A stretch of DNA of 64,000 nt, from NCBI GenBank assembly GCA_963677785.2, contig CAXXDH010000003.1, positions 2,255,534 to 2,319,533 on the forward strand. The letters are read 5' to 3'. The notes under the pieces are model-generated. The model did no database searches, had not been told where the DNA came from, and saw only the letters and a program-made list of their open reading frames with translations. Made by a program: the position numbers and the translations under genes. Shown here piece by piece: positions 46,141 to 55,749 of the stretch. This stretch comes from Desulfovibrionaceae bacterium. GTDB taxonomy: Bacteria > Desulfobacterota > Desulfovibrionia > Desulfovibrionales > Desulfovibrionaceae. Every line of letters begins with the position of its first letter. The stretch's first letter is position 1.

Positions 46141-46734
46141 GTGGCAGAACCCGTGGCCTTTGCCTGCAGTCCGCGTCCCGGCGGCAACAGCGATACGGCC
46201 GTGGAGCGTTTTTGCCGCGGCGTGGCCCAGGCCGGGGGCGCGTGCCGGGTCATTCGGCTGCGGGAGCATGCGCTGCGTCCGTGCACCGGCTGCGGCGGCT
46301 GCGCAAAACTGGCGCGTTGCGTCTTGCCCGACGCGGATCAGGCCGAGGAGCTGTTCGCTTTGCTGCGTACGGCGCCGTTCGTGTTTTTTGCCTCGCCCAT
46401 TTATTTCTACCACCTGCCTGCAGGCTTCAAAGCCTTTATCGACCGCGCCCAGGCCCCGTACGAGCAGTATCTGCAGAAGGAGGGGACCACCGAACCGGCA
46501 GCCCAGCGTCCGGCGTACGTCTCGCTGGTGGCCGGACGCCCCACCGGGCAGCGCCTTTTTGAAGGCAGCCTGCTGACCCTGCATTATTTTCTGCATCCCT
46601 TTGGGCTTGGGCTTAGAAGTCCGCTGCTGTTCAAGGGCACGGACCGTATCGGCGATCTGGCCGCGGACGGCGACGCCCTGCGTCAGCTCGAGGCCTGCGG
46701 ACGCGCTGCCTGGGATAACCATTGCTCCCCCTGA
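46141..46734 (+). CDS. flavodoxin-fold NAD(P)H-dependent FMN reductase / iron-sulfur flavoprotein-like protein
   Basis: 197 aa. GTG start with AGGAG 7 nt upstream. ACSPRPGGNSD..., Cys cluster CTGCGGC, ...FASPIYFYH... Confidence 0.7.
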   Translation: MAEPVAFACSPRPGGNSDTAVERFCRGVAQAGGACRVIRLREHALRPCTGCGGCAKLARCVLPDADQAEELFALLRTAPFVFFASPIYFYHLPAGFKAFIDRAQAPYEQYLQKEGTTEPAAQRPAYVSLVAGRPTGQRLFEGSLLTLHYFLHPFGLGLRSPLLFKGTDRIGDLAADGDALRQLEACGRAAWDNHCSP

Positions 46735-47504
46735 AGTCCCTGCCCGACAGGCTGCGGACGTTTTTCAGGATTCTGGGGCTGGACGAAAGGCGTTGCGCGG
46801 TCTGCCTGACGCCGTTTTCACCGAAAAATTCATCGGATCTGCTCTGCGCGGAATGCGCCGAACAGCTGCGTCCGCGCCTGGGCGGCTATTGTCCGCAGTG
46901 CGGCGCTGTTTTTCCCCTGGAAACGGGCGAACCCCACCTCTGCGCCGAGTGTCTTCGCCGGCGCGCGGGGGCGGAGCATACGCGCCCCTGGGAGCGGGTG
47001 CTGTTCTACGGCGCGTACGACGGCTTGCTGCGGCGGCTGCTGCTGGATTTCAAATATAAGGACCGGCTTTCTCATCAGCGTCTGCTGCGGACTCTGGCCC
47101 GCCGGGCGCTGGAATTGCGTTTGCCCGTAATGCGACCCGAGCAGCGCCAATGGGATCTGATCGTCCCCGTGCCCCTGCACGTACGCAGACTGCGTACGCG
47201 GGGGTTTAATCAGAGTCTGGTGCTGGCCCGTGCTGTGTCCCGGATGTTGTCCTGCCCGCTGCGTCCCAGCGCTTTGCAGCGGCTGCGGGATACGCGTCCG
47301 CAGTTCAATCTGCCTCCTGGCGAACGGGTCAGCAACATCAAAAACGCCTTTGCCGCAGATGCCGCACAAGTTCGCGGAGCAGCCGTATTGCTGGTGGATG
47401 ACATCATGACCACGGGCGCCACAGTGAACGAGGCCGCCCGCTGTCTGCGCCGGGCCGGAGCCCGGCGCGTGGATGTGTTCGTGCTGGCCCGGGCCGCAGA
47501 ATGA
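46722..47504 (+). CDS. comF: ComF-family phosphoribosyltransferase-domain protein
   Basis: 260 aa. N-terminal double zinc ribbon (CAVC...CAEC, CPQC...CAEC) and PRTase motif VLLVDDIMTTGAT. The TTG start per the ORF track overlaps the preceding gene. Confidence 0.8.
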   Translation: MLPLKSLPDRLRTFFRILGLDERRCAVCLTPFSPKNSSDLLCAECAEQLRPRLGGYCPQCGAVFPLETGEPHLCAECLRRRAGAEHTRPWERVLFYGAYDGLLRRLLLDFKYKDRLSHQRLLRTLARRALELRLPVMRPEQRQWDLIVPVPLHVRRLRTRGFNQSLVLARAVSRMLSCPLRPSALQRLRDTRPQFNLPPGERVSNIKNAFAADAAQVRGAAVLLVDDIMTTGATVNEAARCLRRAGARRVDVFVLARAAE

Positions 47505-47505
47505 C

Positions 47506-48021
47506 TTAGTCTTCTTCCTGCTCCGGTTCAGGCAGGCGGACCACCAGTACGGGCACGGTGCTTTGGCGGACGACCCGTTCGGCCACGCTGCCCATCAGGC
47601 GGCCCAGAAAACCGCTCTTGCCGTGCGTACCCATAACGATAAGGTCATAGCCTGCGGACTGTTCGAGTATCCGCCTGGCCGGATCGCCGGGCTCCACCAG
47701 GATTTCCGCCGGGGCGAACCCGGGTTCGCCAAAACTCTCCGCGGCTATGGCCCTGGCTGTTTCCGTAATCCGCGCGTGCAGTTCCTTGCGCGCCTTTTCC
47801 AACGCGGCCTGGCGGAAATCCTCCAGTTGCCGGCTATCGAAATGGGTCTCCAGATCCAGCCCGGCCGCCTCGCTCATATCGCCGAGCACGTCGGGCAATA
47901 CGGTCAGAACAGTGACCTCGGCCTTATGCGCGCGCCCCATGGCCACCGCGTACCCTATGGCGTGCCGCGCACACTCGGAAAGATCCGTCGCATACAATAT
48001 CTTCTTGATCATAGGAAGCAT
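47506..48021 (-). CDS. universal stress protein (UspA family)
   Basis: 171 aa. [11 protein letters not shown]..., ...[34 protein letters not shown]. Confidence 0.85.
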   Translation of the reverse strand: MLPMIKKILYATDLSECARHAIGYAVAMGRAHKAEVTVLTVLPDVLGDMSEAAGLDLETHFDSRQLEDFRQAALEKARKELHARITETARAIAAESFGEPGFAPAEILVEPGDPARRILEQSAGYDLIVMGTHGKSGFLGRLMGSVAERVVRQSTVPVLVVRLPEPEQEED

Positions 48022-48070
48022 CGCTGTCCTCCTTTTGTTGTTGCTAATTATAGTAAAAGTTTTTGGGGAT

Positions 48071-48104
48071 GCTTAAACCCCTTTTCCCAAAAAGGGGTTT
48101 AAGC
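48071..48104. terminator. perfect 15-bp-stem hairpin between the permease and usp genes
   Basis: gcttaaacccctttt (48071-48085) and aaaaggggtttaagc (48090-48104) with a 4-nt loop. There is no clear external U-tract, so its terminator function is uncertain. Confidence 0.4.
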
Positions 48105-48117
48105 CGCCGGAGGCCTT

Positions 48118-49119
48118 TTAAGCCGCCTGTCCGGCTTTTGCCGGTTGCGGCGCAGGGGTGGGCGCGCCGAAGAGGCGGTCGGTGAAGCGGACGTACCAGG
48201 CCGCGGACTGCACCTGAATGATGTAGGCCATGGCGACAACCAGTGCAGCGTCCGAGCCTTCGGCGCCGAAGGCGTTGATGGCGATGGCCAGGGCGATGGA
48301 CAGGTTGCGCATCACGGATCCGTAGACCATGGCCACTGCGTCGTCTCTGGGCAGCAGTTTCTTGCCCACTATGGTGCTCAGGGTGAAGTTGACGGCGTAG
48401 AGCAGGGCCAGGGGCAGCAGGATACGGGCCAGGAGCTCGGGCGCGGCAGCGATGGTTCCGGCTTTCAGGGCCAGGGCCACGAACACGATGCCCAGCACGC
48501 CCAGGGTGGACAAGGGCATGAAGCGCGGTCCGATACGCTGCTGGAATTCCTTTTGACCATAGGCCTTGAGCAGCGCGCGCTGGGTGGCGTAACCCAGGAT
48601 CATGGGCAAAAAGACGATCAAAAAGATCTGGCGCAGCACTGCGACCATGTTCACGTCGATGGCCGCGCCCATCAGCGCTTTGACGTAAAAGGGCGTGGCC
48701 AGCGAACCCGCCACAAGACCGATGACTGTCATCTTGACGGCTGCGGCCAGGTTGCCCTTGGCAAAACCCGTCCAGGATATGGTCATGCCGCTGGTGGGAA
48801 CGAGCCCGGCCAGCAGCAGGCCCAGGGCCATATAGGGCCGGTCGCCGAAAAAGAGCGTCCCCACTCCGTAGGCCAGAAAGGGAATGATCAGAAAATTGAT
48901 GGCCTGGGCGATGAGCTGGGCCTTGGTGTCGCCGCCTTCAAAGACCTTTTTGATTTTCAGCGTGACCATCATGGGGTAGACCATCAGAAAGGTGAAGGGC
49001 AGAATGAGGTTTTTCAGCCAGGCCGGGTCCGCCAGCAGCCCGTAGGCGAATCCGAGCACCATCATCACCGGAATGGCGATGATCAGATTTTTGGTGATTT
49101 TTTGCAGTATAAGCCACAT
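48118..49119 (-). CDS. bile acid:Na+ symporter / ACR3-superfamily permease
   Basis: 333 aa, about 10 TM segments. Sequence pattern (...LMVYPMMVTLK..., ...GLVPTSGMT...) is typical of the BASS/ACR3 fold family. Substrate not assignable. Confidence 0.75.
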   Translation of the reverse strand: MWLILQKITKNLIIAIPVMMVLGFAYGLLADPAWLKNLILPFTFLMVYPMMVTLKIKKVFEGGDTKAQLIAQAINFLIIPFLAYGVGTLFFGDRPYMALGLLLAGLVPTSGMTISWTGFAKGNLAAAVKMTVIGLVAGSLATPFYVKALMGAAIDVNMVAVLRQIFLIVFLPMILGYATQRALLKAYGQKEFQQRIGPRFMPLSTLGVLGIVFVALALKAGTIAAAPELLARILLPLALLYAVNFTLSTIVGKKLLPRDDAVAMVYGSVMRNLSIALAIAINAFGAEGSDAALVVAMAYIIQVQSAAWYVRFTDRLFGAPTPAPQPAKAGQAA

Positions 49120-49284
49120 AGCGATTCCTCCATAGTTGTTGTCGTCAAATGACAGGGTATCCGTTTTGTGAAGGCATCATAGGCCTCGCAGTCTTTCGGG
49201 GAGTTGATACGCGTCAACACGGAAGGAAAAACGGCATTTTTTTTGTCGAAAAAGGGTGTTCACTGAAAATAAGGAGCAGGACGG

Positions 49285-49797
49285 ATGCTTACGGTCTACT
49301 GGATTCACGGCAAGGACGCCGCGCCCATGGGCATGAAAAGCACGGCCATTGCGGCCATGGTACGGGAACGCGGCCTGGGGTTCGAGGCGCCGGACTTTCG
49401 CGCCATCGATACGCCGGACGGACGCTTGAACCATTTTCTGGTTATTTTGGCGCAGCAGCAGGAACCGCCCGTGGTGGTGGGCTCCAGCCTGGGCGGTTAC
49501 GTGGCCGCGGCGGCAGCGTTGCAATACGAGCTCCGGGCCGTGCTGCTGTTGTGTCCGGCCCTGTATCTGCCCGGTTGCAGCGTACGGGATTATTCCTCGT
49601 TGCGTTGCCCTGCGACTCTTATCCACGGCTGGCGGGACGTCCTGATTCCGCCGGAGGATTCTTTTCGCTTCGCGCAGGAGCACAAGGCCACGCTGCACCT
49701 GGTGGACGCGGACCATCAGTTGAACGGCCAGGTGCCGTTTGTCTGCGCGGTGCTCGGCAGGATTCTGGATGCTCTGGAGAACGCTCCGCAGGCTTGA
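49285..49797 (+). CDS. small alpha/beta hydrolase (YqiA-like esterase)
   Basis: 170 aa. YWIHGKD..., nucleophile motif VVGSSLGGY, ...LIHGWRDVLIP..., ...DADHQL. Confidence 0.7.
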   Translation: MLTVYWIHGKDAAPMGMKSTAIAAMVRERGLGFEAPDFRAIDTPDGRLNHFLVILAQQQEPPVVVGSSLGGYVAAAAALQYELRAVLLLCPALYLPGCSVRDYSSLRCPATLIHGWRDVLIPPEDSFRFAQEHKATLHLVDADHQLNGQVPFVCAVLGRILDALENAPQA

Positions 49798-49829
49798 CAG
49801 CGGCTCCGGTTTGCCCCACTGCTAGCTCT

Positions 49830-50585
49830 ATGAGTACGACAAAACAACAATCCGGTGGGCAGGGGCTCCAGAATTCCCAGAATTCCATGCTGCGTACGCT
49901 CTCTTCCACGCTGCTGTTCGAGGGGCTCAAGCAGGAACAACTGGAATATCTGGCGCAGCATGCGCGTCTGCAGCACTATGCGGCGGGTGACATCATCGTA
50001 CGCGAAACAGACGTGGCCAGGGGCTTTTATATGGTGGTCAAGGGCCGGGTAAAGGTTTTCAAGATTTCGCCGGACGGACGCGACCAGACCATCTACCACT
50101 TCGGACCGAGCGAGCCCTTTTGCCTCTGCGCGTTGTTCGAGAACCGTTCGTTTCTGGCCAACGCCGCGGCCCTGGAAGAGAGCGAGGTGCTGTTCATCCC
50201 GGCCGAAAGCCTGGACCGCATGGCCACGGACGAACCCTCGCTGCTGTTCAATCTGCTTTTTCATCTGGCCAGGCGTTTGAAAGAGGCCCTGGATCTGGTG
50301 GAGACCCTCACGGTACGCACCTTGAACGAACGGGTGGCCCTGTTTCTGGTCAAGCTCGTCCACTCGCAGGAGGCGGAGCAGGGCGCGTCCGCTGATGGCG
50401 CAGTGTCCGTGCATCTGCCCATGACCCACCGCGAACTTGCCAAGATCATCGGCTCCAGCCACGAGGCCCTGTCGCGCGCTTTCCGGGCTTTGTCCCAGCA
50501 GGGGGTGCTTACGCTGCACGGCCGGGATGTGGAAATCCATGATCCGGAAACCCTGGAAAAGATAGCGGTGGCCGCGCGTCTGTAA
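49830..50585 (+). CDS. Crp/Fnr-family transcriptional regulator
   Basis: The C-terminal 251 codons of ORF 49149..50585, starting at MSTTKQQ. cNMP-binding-like domain (GDIIVRETDVARGFYMVVKGRVKV) and HTH (MTHRELAKIIGSSHEALSRAFRAL). Confidence 0.85.
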   Translation: MSTTKQQSGGQGLQNSQNSMLRTLSSTLLFEGLKQEQLEYLAQHARLQHYAAGDIIVRETDVARGFYMVVKGRVKVFKISPDGRDQTIYHFGPSEPFCLCALFENRSFLANAAALEESEVLFIPAESLDRMATDEPSLLFNLLFHLARRLKEALDLVETLTVRTLNERVALFLVKLVHSQEAEQGASADGAVSVHLPMTHRELAKIIGSSHEALSRAFRALSQQGVLTLHGRDVEIHDPETLEKIAVAARL

Positions 50586-50733
50586 TCGGATTTTCAGTTT
50601 ACCGGAGCGGCCAAGTATTGCGCCTGGGCTGAAAGTTGGTAGAATAGGGTGAAAAAAACAGGTCGGTTTGAGCGGGCCGTACGCCCTGGAGCCGGATATT
50701 TTTGCAAACACCAGCCGACACAGGTGGCGATTC

Positions 50734-51705
50734 ATGAGGCAACCGGTTGTATATAAAACGTTTCTTTTCAGCTTAGTTCTTTCCTCCATTTTTCTGCTGC
50801 TGGCGCCGGCACTGTTCCTGCCGCCCCTGGCACAGGCACGGGCGCGGCGGCCGGACGTGTCCATGATCGATCCGCGTTTCCAGATTCTGATGACCCGTTT
50901 GCAACGAGATGGATTTCCCCGCGAGTGGCTGGACACAGTTTTTTCCAACAAAAACGTTCATTACGACCCGGCCTTCATGGGCAAAAAAATGCGCGTATTG
51001 TACCGAGCTAAATACGATATTCCCGCGCCGCCCAGGAAAAAGGCTGTGGATAAACCGCGCTGGAAATATCTTTATGAGCCGCATCTGACGCCCGAGGTGC
51101 GGGCCGAACTGAAGCAATTCAATAAAACGCACGCCAGCGAGCTGCGTAATGCGGCCAAGAAGTACAAGGTGCAGAAAGAGGTTATCCTGGCCCTGCTGGT
51201 GGTGGAAACCAAATTGGGCAATTTTCTGGGCGACCAGGACGCGCTTTCGGTGCTCGCGTCCATGGCGGTGACGCGCAAATACGCCGACGTGTCTTCGTTT
51301 TTCAGCGCCCATCCGGCCCAGAAATGGCAGATTCCCTGGATAGAAGAGCGGATGCGGAAGAAATCCGAGTGGGCCTATCGCCAGCTCAAGGCTTTGCTGT
51401 CGTTCAGCCGCGTGAACAATCTGCAGCCGGGCGACATGCCCAGCTCCATCTACGGAGCCATCGGCATCTGCCAGTTCATGCCCAGCAGCGCGCTGCATTA
51501 CGGACGGGACGGCGACGACGACGGAGTGGTGGATCTTTACGACCCGTGCGACGCCGTGGCCAGCGTGGCCTACTACATGCGCAAGGCCGGCTGGCGCAAC
51601 AACCATAGCCGCAAACGCAAGATCAAGGCCTTGAAACGCTACAACAACGATACCTTCTACGCCCGTACCGTGTTATCCGTGGCCGGAGAGATCAGCGGGA
51701 AGTGA
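50734..51705 (+). CDS. lytic murein transglycosylase (MltB/SLT_2-like)
   Basis: ORF 50668..51705 trimmed to MRQPVVYKTFLFSLVLSS... (signal peptide). ...LLVVETKLGNF..., ...GAIGICQFMPSS..., ...DLYDPCDAVASVAYYM... Confidence 0.8.
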   Translation: MRQPVVYKTFLFSLVLSSIFLLLAPALFLPPLAQARARRPDVSMIDPRFQILMTRLQRDGFPREWLDTVFSNKNVHYDPAFMGKKMRVLYRAKYDIPAPPRKKAVDKPRWKYLYEPHLTPEVRAELKQFNKTHASELRNAAKKYKVQKEVILALLVVETKLGNFLGDQDALSVLASMAVTRKYADVSSFFSAHPAQKWQIPWIEERMRKKSEWAYRQLKALLSFSRVNNLQPGDMPSSIYGAIGICQFMPSSALHYGRDGDDDGVVDLYDPCDAVASVAYYMRKAGWRNNHSRKRKIKALKRYNNDTFYARTVLSVAGEISGK

Positions 51706-51913
51706 GATGTGAGAATGCCTCCGGCGGCCAGAGAACCTTTTTGCAAAAAAGTTCTCTGGACTCTCTCAAAACTTTTAACTGGCTAGGTGCTGGATCGGTT
51801 GCGTACGGTTAGAGTAATACTATTTTGAGGGTCCAGGGGAATCATTTCCCTGGCGGGGGTTGGGGCAGCGGCCCAATTATATTTCCCCCTTCCTTTCTCT
51901 TTTTTTCAAAGCT

Positions 51914-53287
51914 ATGGCCTCTGATTATTATGAAGCGATTTTAGAGAGCATTTCGGACGGGGTGTTCACGGTGGACGCGGACTGGCGGGTGGTGTCTTTC
52001 AACCGCGCGGCCGAGGAAATCACGGGCATTGACCGGGAGGAAGCTCTGGGACGGCGCTGCTGGGAAGTGTTTCGTTCGAACATGTGCGAGAGCCGCTGCG
52101 CCTTGAGGGAAACCCTGCGTACGGGCGCACCGGTCATCGGGCGTACGGGCTATATCATCGACGCGGCGGGCAGCAGGATCCCCATCAGCCTTTCCACCGC
52201 GGTGTTGCGCGACAGCGAAGGCGCGGTAATCGGCGGGGCCGAGACTTTTCGGGACCTGAGCGAGGTCCAGGCCCTGCGCCGGGAACTGGAAGGACGCGTA
52301 CGTCTTGGAGATCTGGTCAGCCGCAGTCCACGTATGCAGGAAATTTTCGATTCATTGGAAGCCATAGCGGCCAGTCCGAGCACGGTGCTGGTGCTCGGGG
52401 AAACCGGTACGGGCAAAGATCTGGTGGCCCGGACGATTCATAGCCTGAGCGCGCGTAAAGACGGGCCTTTTGTGGCGGTCAACTGCGGCGCTTTGCCGGA
52501 AAATCTGCTTGAATCCGAACTGTTCGGCTACAAGGCCGGGGCGTTTACGGGCGCGCAAAAGGACAAACCCGGACGCTTTGCCCTGGCCAAAGGCGGGGTG
52601 CTGTTTCTGGATGAGATAGGCGAGATCAGCCCGGCCATGCAGGTCCGGCTGCTGCGCGTGCTGCAGGAGCGGAGCTACGAGCCGCTGGGAGCGGTCCGCT
52701 CGGAGCAGGCCGACGTACGCGTGATAGCCGCCACCCACCGGGACCTGGCCGAACTGGTGCGGCAGGGCGTTTTCCGCGAAGATTTCTTTTACCGGATCAA
52801 TGTGGCCCGCATCGAACTTCCTCCCCTGCGCGAGCGGATGGAGGATATCCCGCTGCTGTGCGATTTGTTCGTGGAGCATTTCAACGCCCTGCAGAACAAG
52901 CATGTGGAGGGTCTCAGTTCTGAGACTCTTTCCCTGCTGATGCTTCATGACTGGCCGGGCAACATCCGCGAATTGCGCAATGCCATTGAGCGGGCATTTA
53001 TTCTCTGCAGCGATGGTCTTCTGGAACCGCGCCATCTTCCGGACGAACTGCGGGCTGGACTCATGCCGGACTCTTTGGGGGGGGCGCATGCGGCTGCCGC
53101 AGGATCAGGTCTTCGAGATACGCGCCAGAACGCTGAAGCGTTGCGGATTCTGGACGCACTCGAGCGCGCCAATTACAACCGCCTGGAAGCTGCCAGGGCT
53201 CTGGGAATCCATAAAAGCACCCTGTTCCGCAAAATCCATCAGCTTGGCCTGGCCCTGCCCAAACAGGACGGCCGTTCATCCAAATAG
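51914..53287 (+). CDS. sigma-54-dependent transcriptional activator (PAS - AAA+ - HTH)
   Basis: ORF 51860..53287 trimmed to MASDYYEAILESISDGVFTVD... (PAS). GETGTGKD Walker A, GAFTGA motif, C-terminal AARALGIHKSTLFRKI. Confidence 0.9.
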   Translation: MASDYYEAILESISDGVFTVDADWRVVSFNRAAEEITGIDREEALGRRCWEVFRSNMCESRCALRETLRTGAPVIGRTGYIIDAAGSRIPISLSTAVLRDSEGAVIGGAETFRDLSEVQALRRELEGRVRLGDLVSRSPRMQEIFDSLEAIAASPSTVLVLGETGTGKDLVARTIHSLSARKDGPFVAVNCGALPENLLESELFGYKAGAFTGAQKDKPGRFALAKGGVLFLDEIGEISPAMQVRLLRVLQERSYEPLGAVRSEQADVRVIAATHRDLAELVRQGVFREDFFYRINVARIELPPLRERMEDIPLLCDLFVEHFNALQNKHVEGLSSETLSLLMLHDWPGNIRELRNAIERAFILCSDGLLEPRHLPDELRAGLMPDSLGGAHAAAAGSGLRDTRQNAEALRILDALERANYNRLEAARALGIHKSTLFRKIHQLGLALPKQDGRSSK

Positions 53288-53419
53288 GCGCAGTTTGGCT
53301 ACTCTTTTGGCCGGTAGTGTTGCACTTTAGCTACTCTATAGCTGACAAGCCTGTTTAAAGAAAAAAATTTATATTCAATATTTCAGGCTATTAAAGGTAA
53401 GAAAAGCAAAGTTGCTGTT

Positions 53420-53434
53420 TGGCATGGAAACTGC
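53420..53434 (+). promoter_or_regulatory. sigma-54-type promoter of the NifX-like/DUF5320/IscU-like/CGGC genes
   Basis: TGGCATGGAAACTGC has GG-N10-GC spacing, 22 nt upstream of the AGAGGAG RBS and the ATG at 53457. It lies directly downstream of an EBP gene. Confidence 0.6.
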
Positions 53435-53456
53435 TTTTCATTTTCAAGAGGAGCTT

Positions 53457-54020
53457 ATGAAAGGACAAAACAAAGCCGCTTTTGCCTTTTGGGAAGGCCG
53501 AATGGCCCCGGTGTTCGATGTGGCACGCCAGGTGTTGCTGGTGGAGCACACGCCGGACAGGTCCGGTACGCATCCCGAACAGCGGTCGGTGCTGGCTCTG
53601 CCCGAGGCCCCGGCTCTCAAGGCCGGAATGCTGGTGGAGCAGCGGGTGTCCACTCTGGTGTGCGGAGCCATTTCGCGGCCTCTGCAGGAGAGCATTGCTC
53701 GCCAGGGCATTCGGGTGCTGCCGTTCATGATGGGCGAAGTGGAGGAGCTGATCAGGGCCTGGCGTACGGATCAGCTCGAACAGGACGGGTTCCTCATGCC
53801 TGGTTGCCGGGGGCGCCGTATGGGACGTGCGGGCGGTCGCCGGGGCCAGGGCAAAGGTGGTGGTTATCAGGGCGGCAGAATGCGCGCGCAGGGTGTCGCG
53901 GACACGGAACAGATTTGCGTCTGCCCCGGCTGCGGCTACAGAACCCCGCACACGCAAGGAACCCCCTGCGTACAGCTTAGATGCCCGCACTGCAGAACAC
54001 TGCTCGTACGGGCCAGATGA
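53457..54020 (+). CDS. NifB/NifX-family (dinitrogenase FeMo-cofactor-binding fold) protein with a Gly/Arg-rich linker and C-terminal zinc ribbon
   Basis: ORF 53412..54020 trimmed to MKGQNKAAFAFWEGRMAPVFD... NifX-like core (...VSTLVCGAISRPLQESIARQGIRVL...). The tail is CVCPGCGYRT...CPHCRT. Confidence 0.7.
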   Translation: MKGQNKAAFAFWEGRMAPVFDVARQVLLVEHTPDRSGTHPEQRSVLALPEAPALKAGMLVEQRVSTLVCGAISRPLQESIARQGIRVLPFMMGEVEELIRAWRTDQLEQDGFLMPGCRGRRMGRAGGRRGQGKGGGYQGGRMRAQGVADTEQICVCPGCGYRTPHTQGTPCVQLRCPHCRTLLVRAR

Positions 54021-54044
54021 AAAAGAGAATGAAAGGAGGTTGCC

Positions 54045-54422
54045 ATGCCAAGAGGTGACAAAAGCGGACCCATGGGAATGGGCGCACGTACAGGCAGAGG
54101 ACTCGGATATTGCAGCGGCGCCAACGCGCCCGGATTTACCAATCCGGCCCCCGGATACGGAATGGGCATGCGCCGCGGCGGCGGAATGGGCCGTGGCGGC
54201 GGCATGGGACGCGGCGGCGGCATGGGACGCGGCATGGGCGGCGGACGCGGCCGTGGAGTCTGGGGTGCTGCCCCGGCCTACCAGCCCGGACCGGCGGCCC
54301 CGGTTCAGACCGGGGTTCCGGAGCAGCAGTACCTGCAGCAGCAGGCGGACATGCTCCAGACCGAGCTGGAATCCATAAAACAACGCCTGGCCGAATTGGA
54401 AGTACCTGGAAGCGCCAAGTAG
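54045..54422 (+). CDS. DUF5320-family protein (Gly/Arg/Met-rich with a C-terminal coiled coil)
   Basis: 125 aa. MPRGDKSGPMGMGARTGRGLGYCSG N-terminus characteristic of DUF5320, GRGGGM x3, and C-terminal LQQQADMLQTELESIKQRLAELE. Confidence 0.75.
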   Translation: MPRGDKSGPMGMGARTGRGLGYCSGANAPGFTNPAPGYGMGMRRGGGMGRGGGMGRGGGMGRGMGGGRGRGVWGAAPAYQPGPAAPVQTGVPEQQYLQQQADMLQTELESIKQRLAELEVPGSAK

Positions 54423-54571
54423 GCGGTTGGAAAAAAAGGCGCGGCGGCGGCCGAACAGGCTGCCGCCGCGTTTTAATTATGTCGGCAATACCCCGCAAAA
54501 CGCTTGCGCAATCAGGGGCTGCGGGAGCATACTCGGGCCGCCCATCCAACTTTATACGGCGCGAGGAGCCC

Positions 54572-55021
54572 ATGAGCAACGATTTCGATGATTTCGTCAA
54601 TGGTTTGCAGAGCCAGATTCTGGAGGAAACCCAGGAATCCTACGGCAAGGTCGCCTATGATCTTTGGCGCGAACTCAAACATTTCGGACCGCTTGACGAC
54701 GCCAACGGCGTCGGCGCGATGACCGGGAGCTGCGGCGACACCATCCGGATGTTTCTGCGTATCGAGGATGATGTGGTGCGCAAGGCCGGATTCACCACGG
54801 ACGGCTGCGGATCGAGCCAGGTGTGCGGCTCCATGGCCGCGGATCTGGCCCTGGGCAAACCCTGCGATGCTCTGGCGGAAATCAGCGGCGAATTGATTCT
54901 TGAAAAGCTGGGCGGTCTGCCGGACGAAGACCACCATTGTGCCTGGCTTGCGGCCAACGCGCTGCACGAAGCCCTGGGCGGCTATTACAAAAGCCGGAAA
55001 AAATATACTGCCGAAGATTGA
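54572..55021 (+). CDS. IscU/NifU-N-like iron-sulfur cluster scaffold protein
   Basis: The last 149 codons of ORF 54110..55021, starting at MSNDFDDF with GAGGAG upstream. Conserved Cys pattern GSCGD..., ...DGCGSS..., ...HHCAWLAANALHEA. Confidence 0.8.
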   Translation: MSNDFDDFVNGLQSQILEETQESYGKVAYDLWRELKHFGPLDDANGVGAMTGSCGDTIRMFLRIEDDVVRKAGFTTDGCGSSQVCGSMAADLALGKPCDALAEISGELILEKLGGLPDEDHHCAWLAANALHEALGGYYKSRKKYTAED

Positions 55022-55075
55022 ACCCGTGATTGTTGCGCTTCCCTGTTGTCCCCCCGTTACAAAAGGAGAAAGGCT

Positions 55076-55453
55076 ATGACCAAAGTGGGAATCATTCGCT
55101 GTGAAAAAAATGAGAACAAGTGCCCGTTGACCAAATGTTTCAGCTGCCTTGACGAGTGTACGCAGGGCTACGCCAGGTATGAGGATGCCAAGCTCGCCGG
55201 TGTGTTCACCTGCCGTTGCCCCGGCGACAATCTTCCGGCCCTGGCCAAGATTCTCAAGGCCAAGGGAGCGGAAACCCTGCATTTCGCCACCTGTATTTTC
55301 GCCAACCACAAATCCGACGGCTGGTCCCTGGAAGGCGGCGGGTTTTGCAACGACACCAGATTGAACGCCCTGATGGAACAGATCACCGCCGAAACCGGCC
55401 TGCCTTGTTTCAAAGGCACGGCCCATCTGCCCAAGGGCTTTGTCGTGGACTGA
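55076..55453 (+). CDS. CGGC-domain protein
   Basis: ORF 55046..55453 trimmed to MTKVGIIRCEKNENKCPLTKCF... Cys-rich pattern including FTCRCPGD and ...LHFATCIF... typical of CGGC-domain proteins. AGGAGA RBS. Confidence 0.7.
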   Translation: MTKVGIIRCEKNENKCPLTKCFSCLDECTQGYARYEDAKLAGVFTCRCPGDNLPALAKILKAKGAETLHFATCIFANHKSDGWSLEGGGFCNDTRLNALMEQITAETGLPCFKGTAHLPKGFVVD

Positions 55454-55486
55454 CCCGGAAAGCCGTCCGCAAAGCATTTCGCATAC

Positions 55487-55526
55487 AACCAGCAAAACAG
55501 GGGCTCCCGGTTTTGCTGGTTTTTTG
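55487..55526 (+). terminator. rho-independent terminator after the CGGC gene
   Basis: aaccagcaaaac (55487-55498) pairs with gttttgctggtt (55510-55521), followed by a T run. Confidence 0.7.
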
Positions 55527-55684
55527 GTGTTCAGGGTGCAATGCGGAACAGGTTGAGTATGCGTTCGGCATCGGCAATCGCACCATCCCCGCCTTATTCT
55601 GATCTGTAATTCCTTACCGTTCTTGCCCAAAAAAAGCGCAATGCCTGAGTTGGACTTGAAAGGTGTCCGGGAAACATACCGGCA

Positions 55685-55718
55685 GAAAAAAAGACCGGTC
55701 GATTTCATCGGCCGGCCT
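55685..55718 (-). terminator. rho-independent terminator after pssA
   Basis: On the minus strand, the hairpin aggccggccgat/atcgaccggtct (one mismatch) is followed by T7. It lies about 30 nt after the pssA stop. Confidence 0.5.
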
Positions 55719-55749
55719 TGAAAAGATCGAAACGAGTGCTTTGCTGTGC

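Noticed and set aside
49149-49829. N-terminal 227 codons of the 478-aa ORF that ends as the Crp/Fnr regulator.
   Set aside because: This part overlaps the YqiA-like esterase gene in another frame and has no Crp-family similarity. The regulator starts at 49830.
54178-54255. Short tandem DNA repeats (ggcggcggcatgggacgc units), checked as a possible CRISPR or VNTR.
   Set aside because: They lie inside the DUF5320 CDS and encode the GRGGGM repeats. There are no spacers. This is not a CRISPR array.
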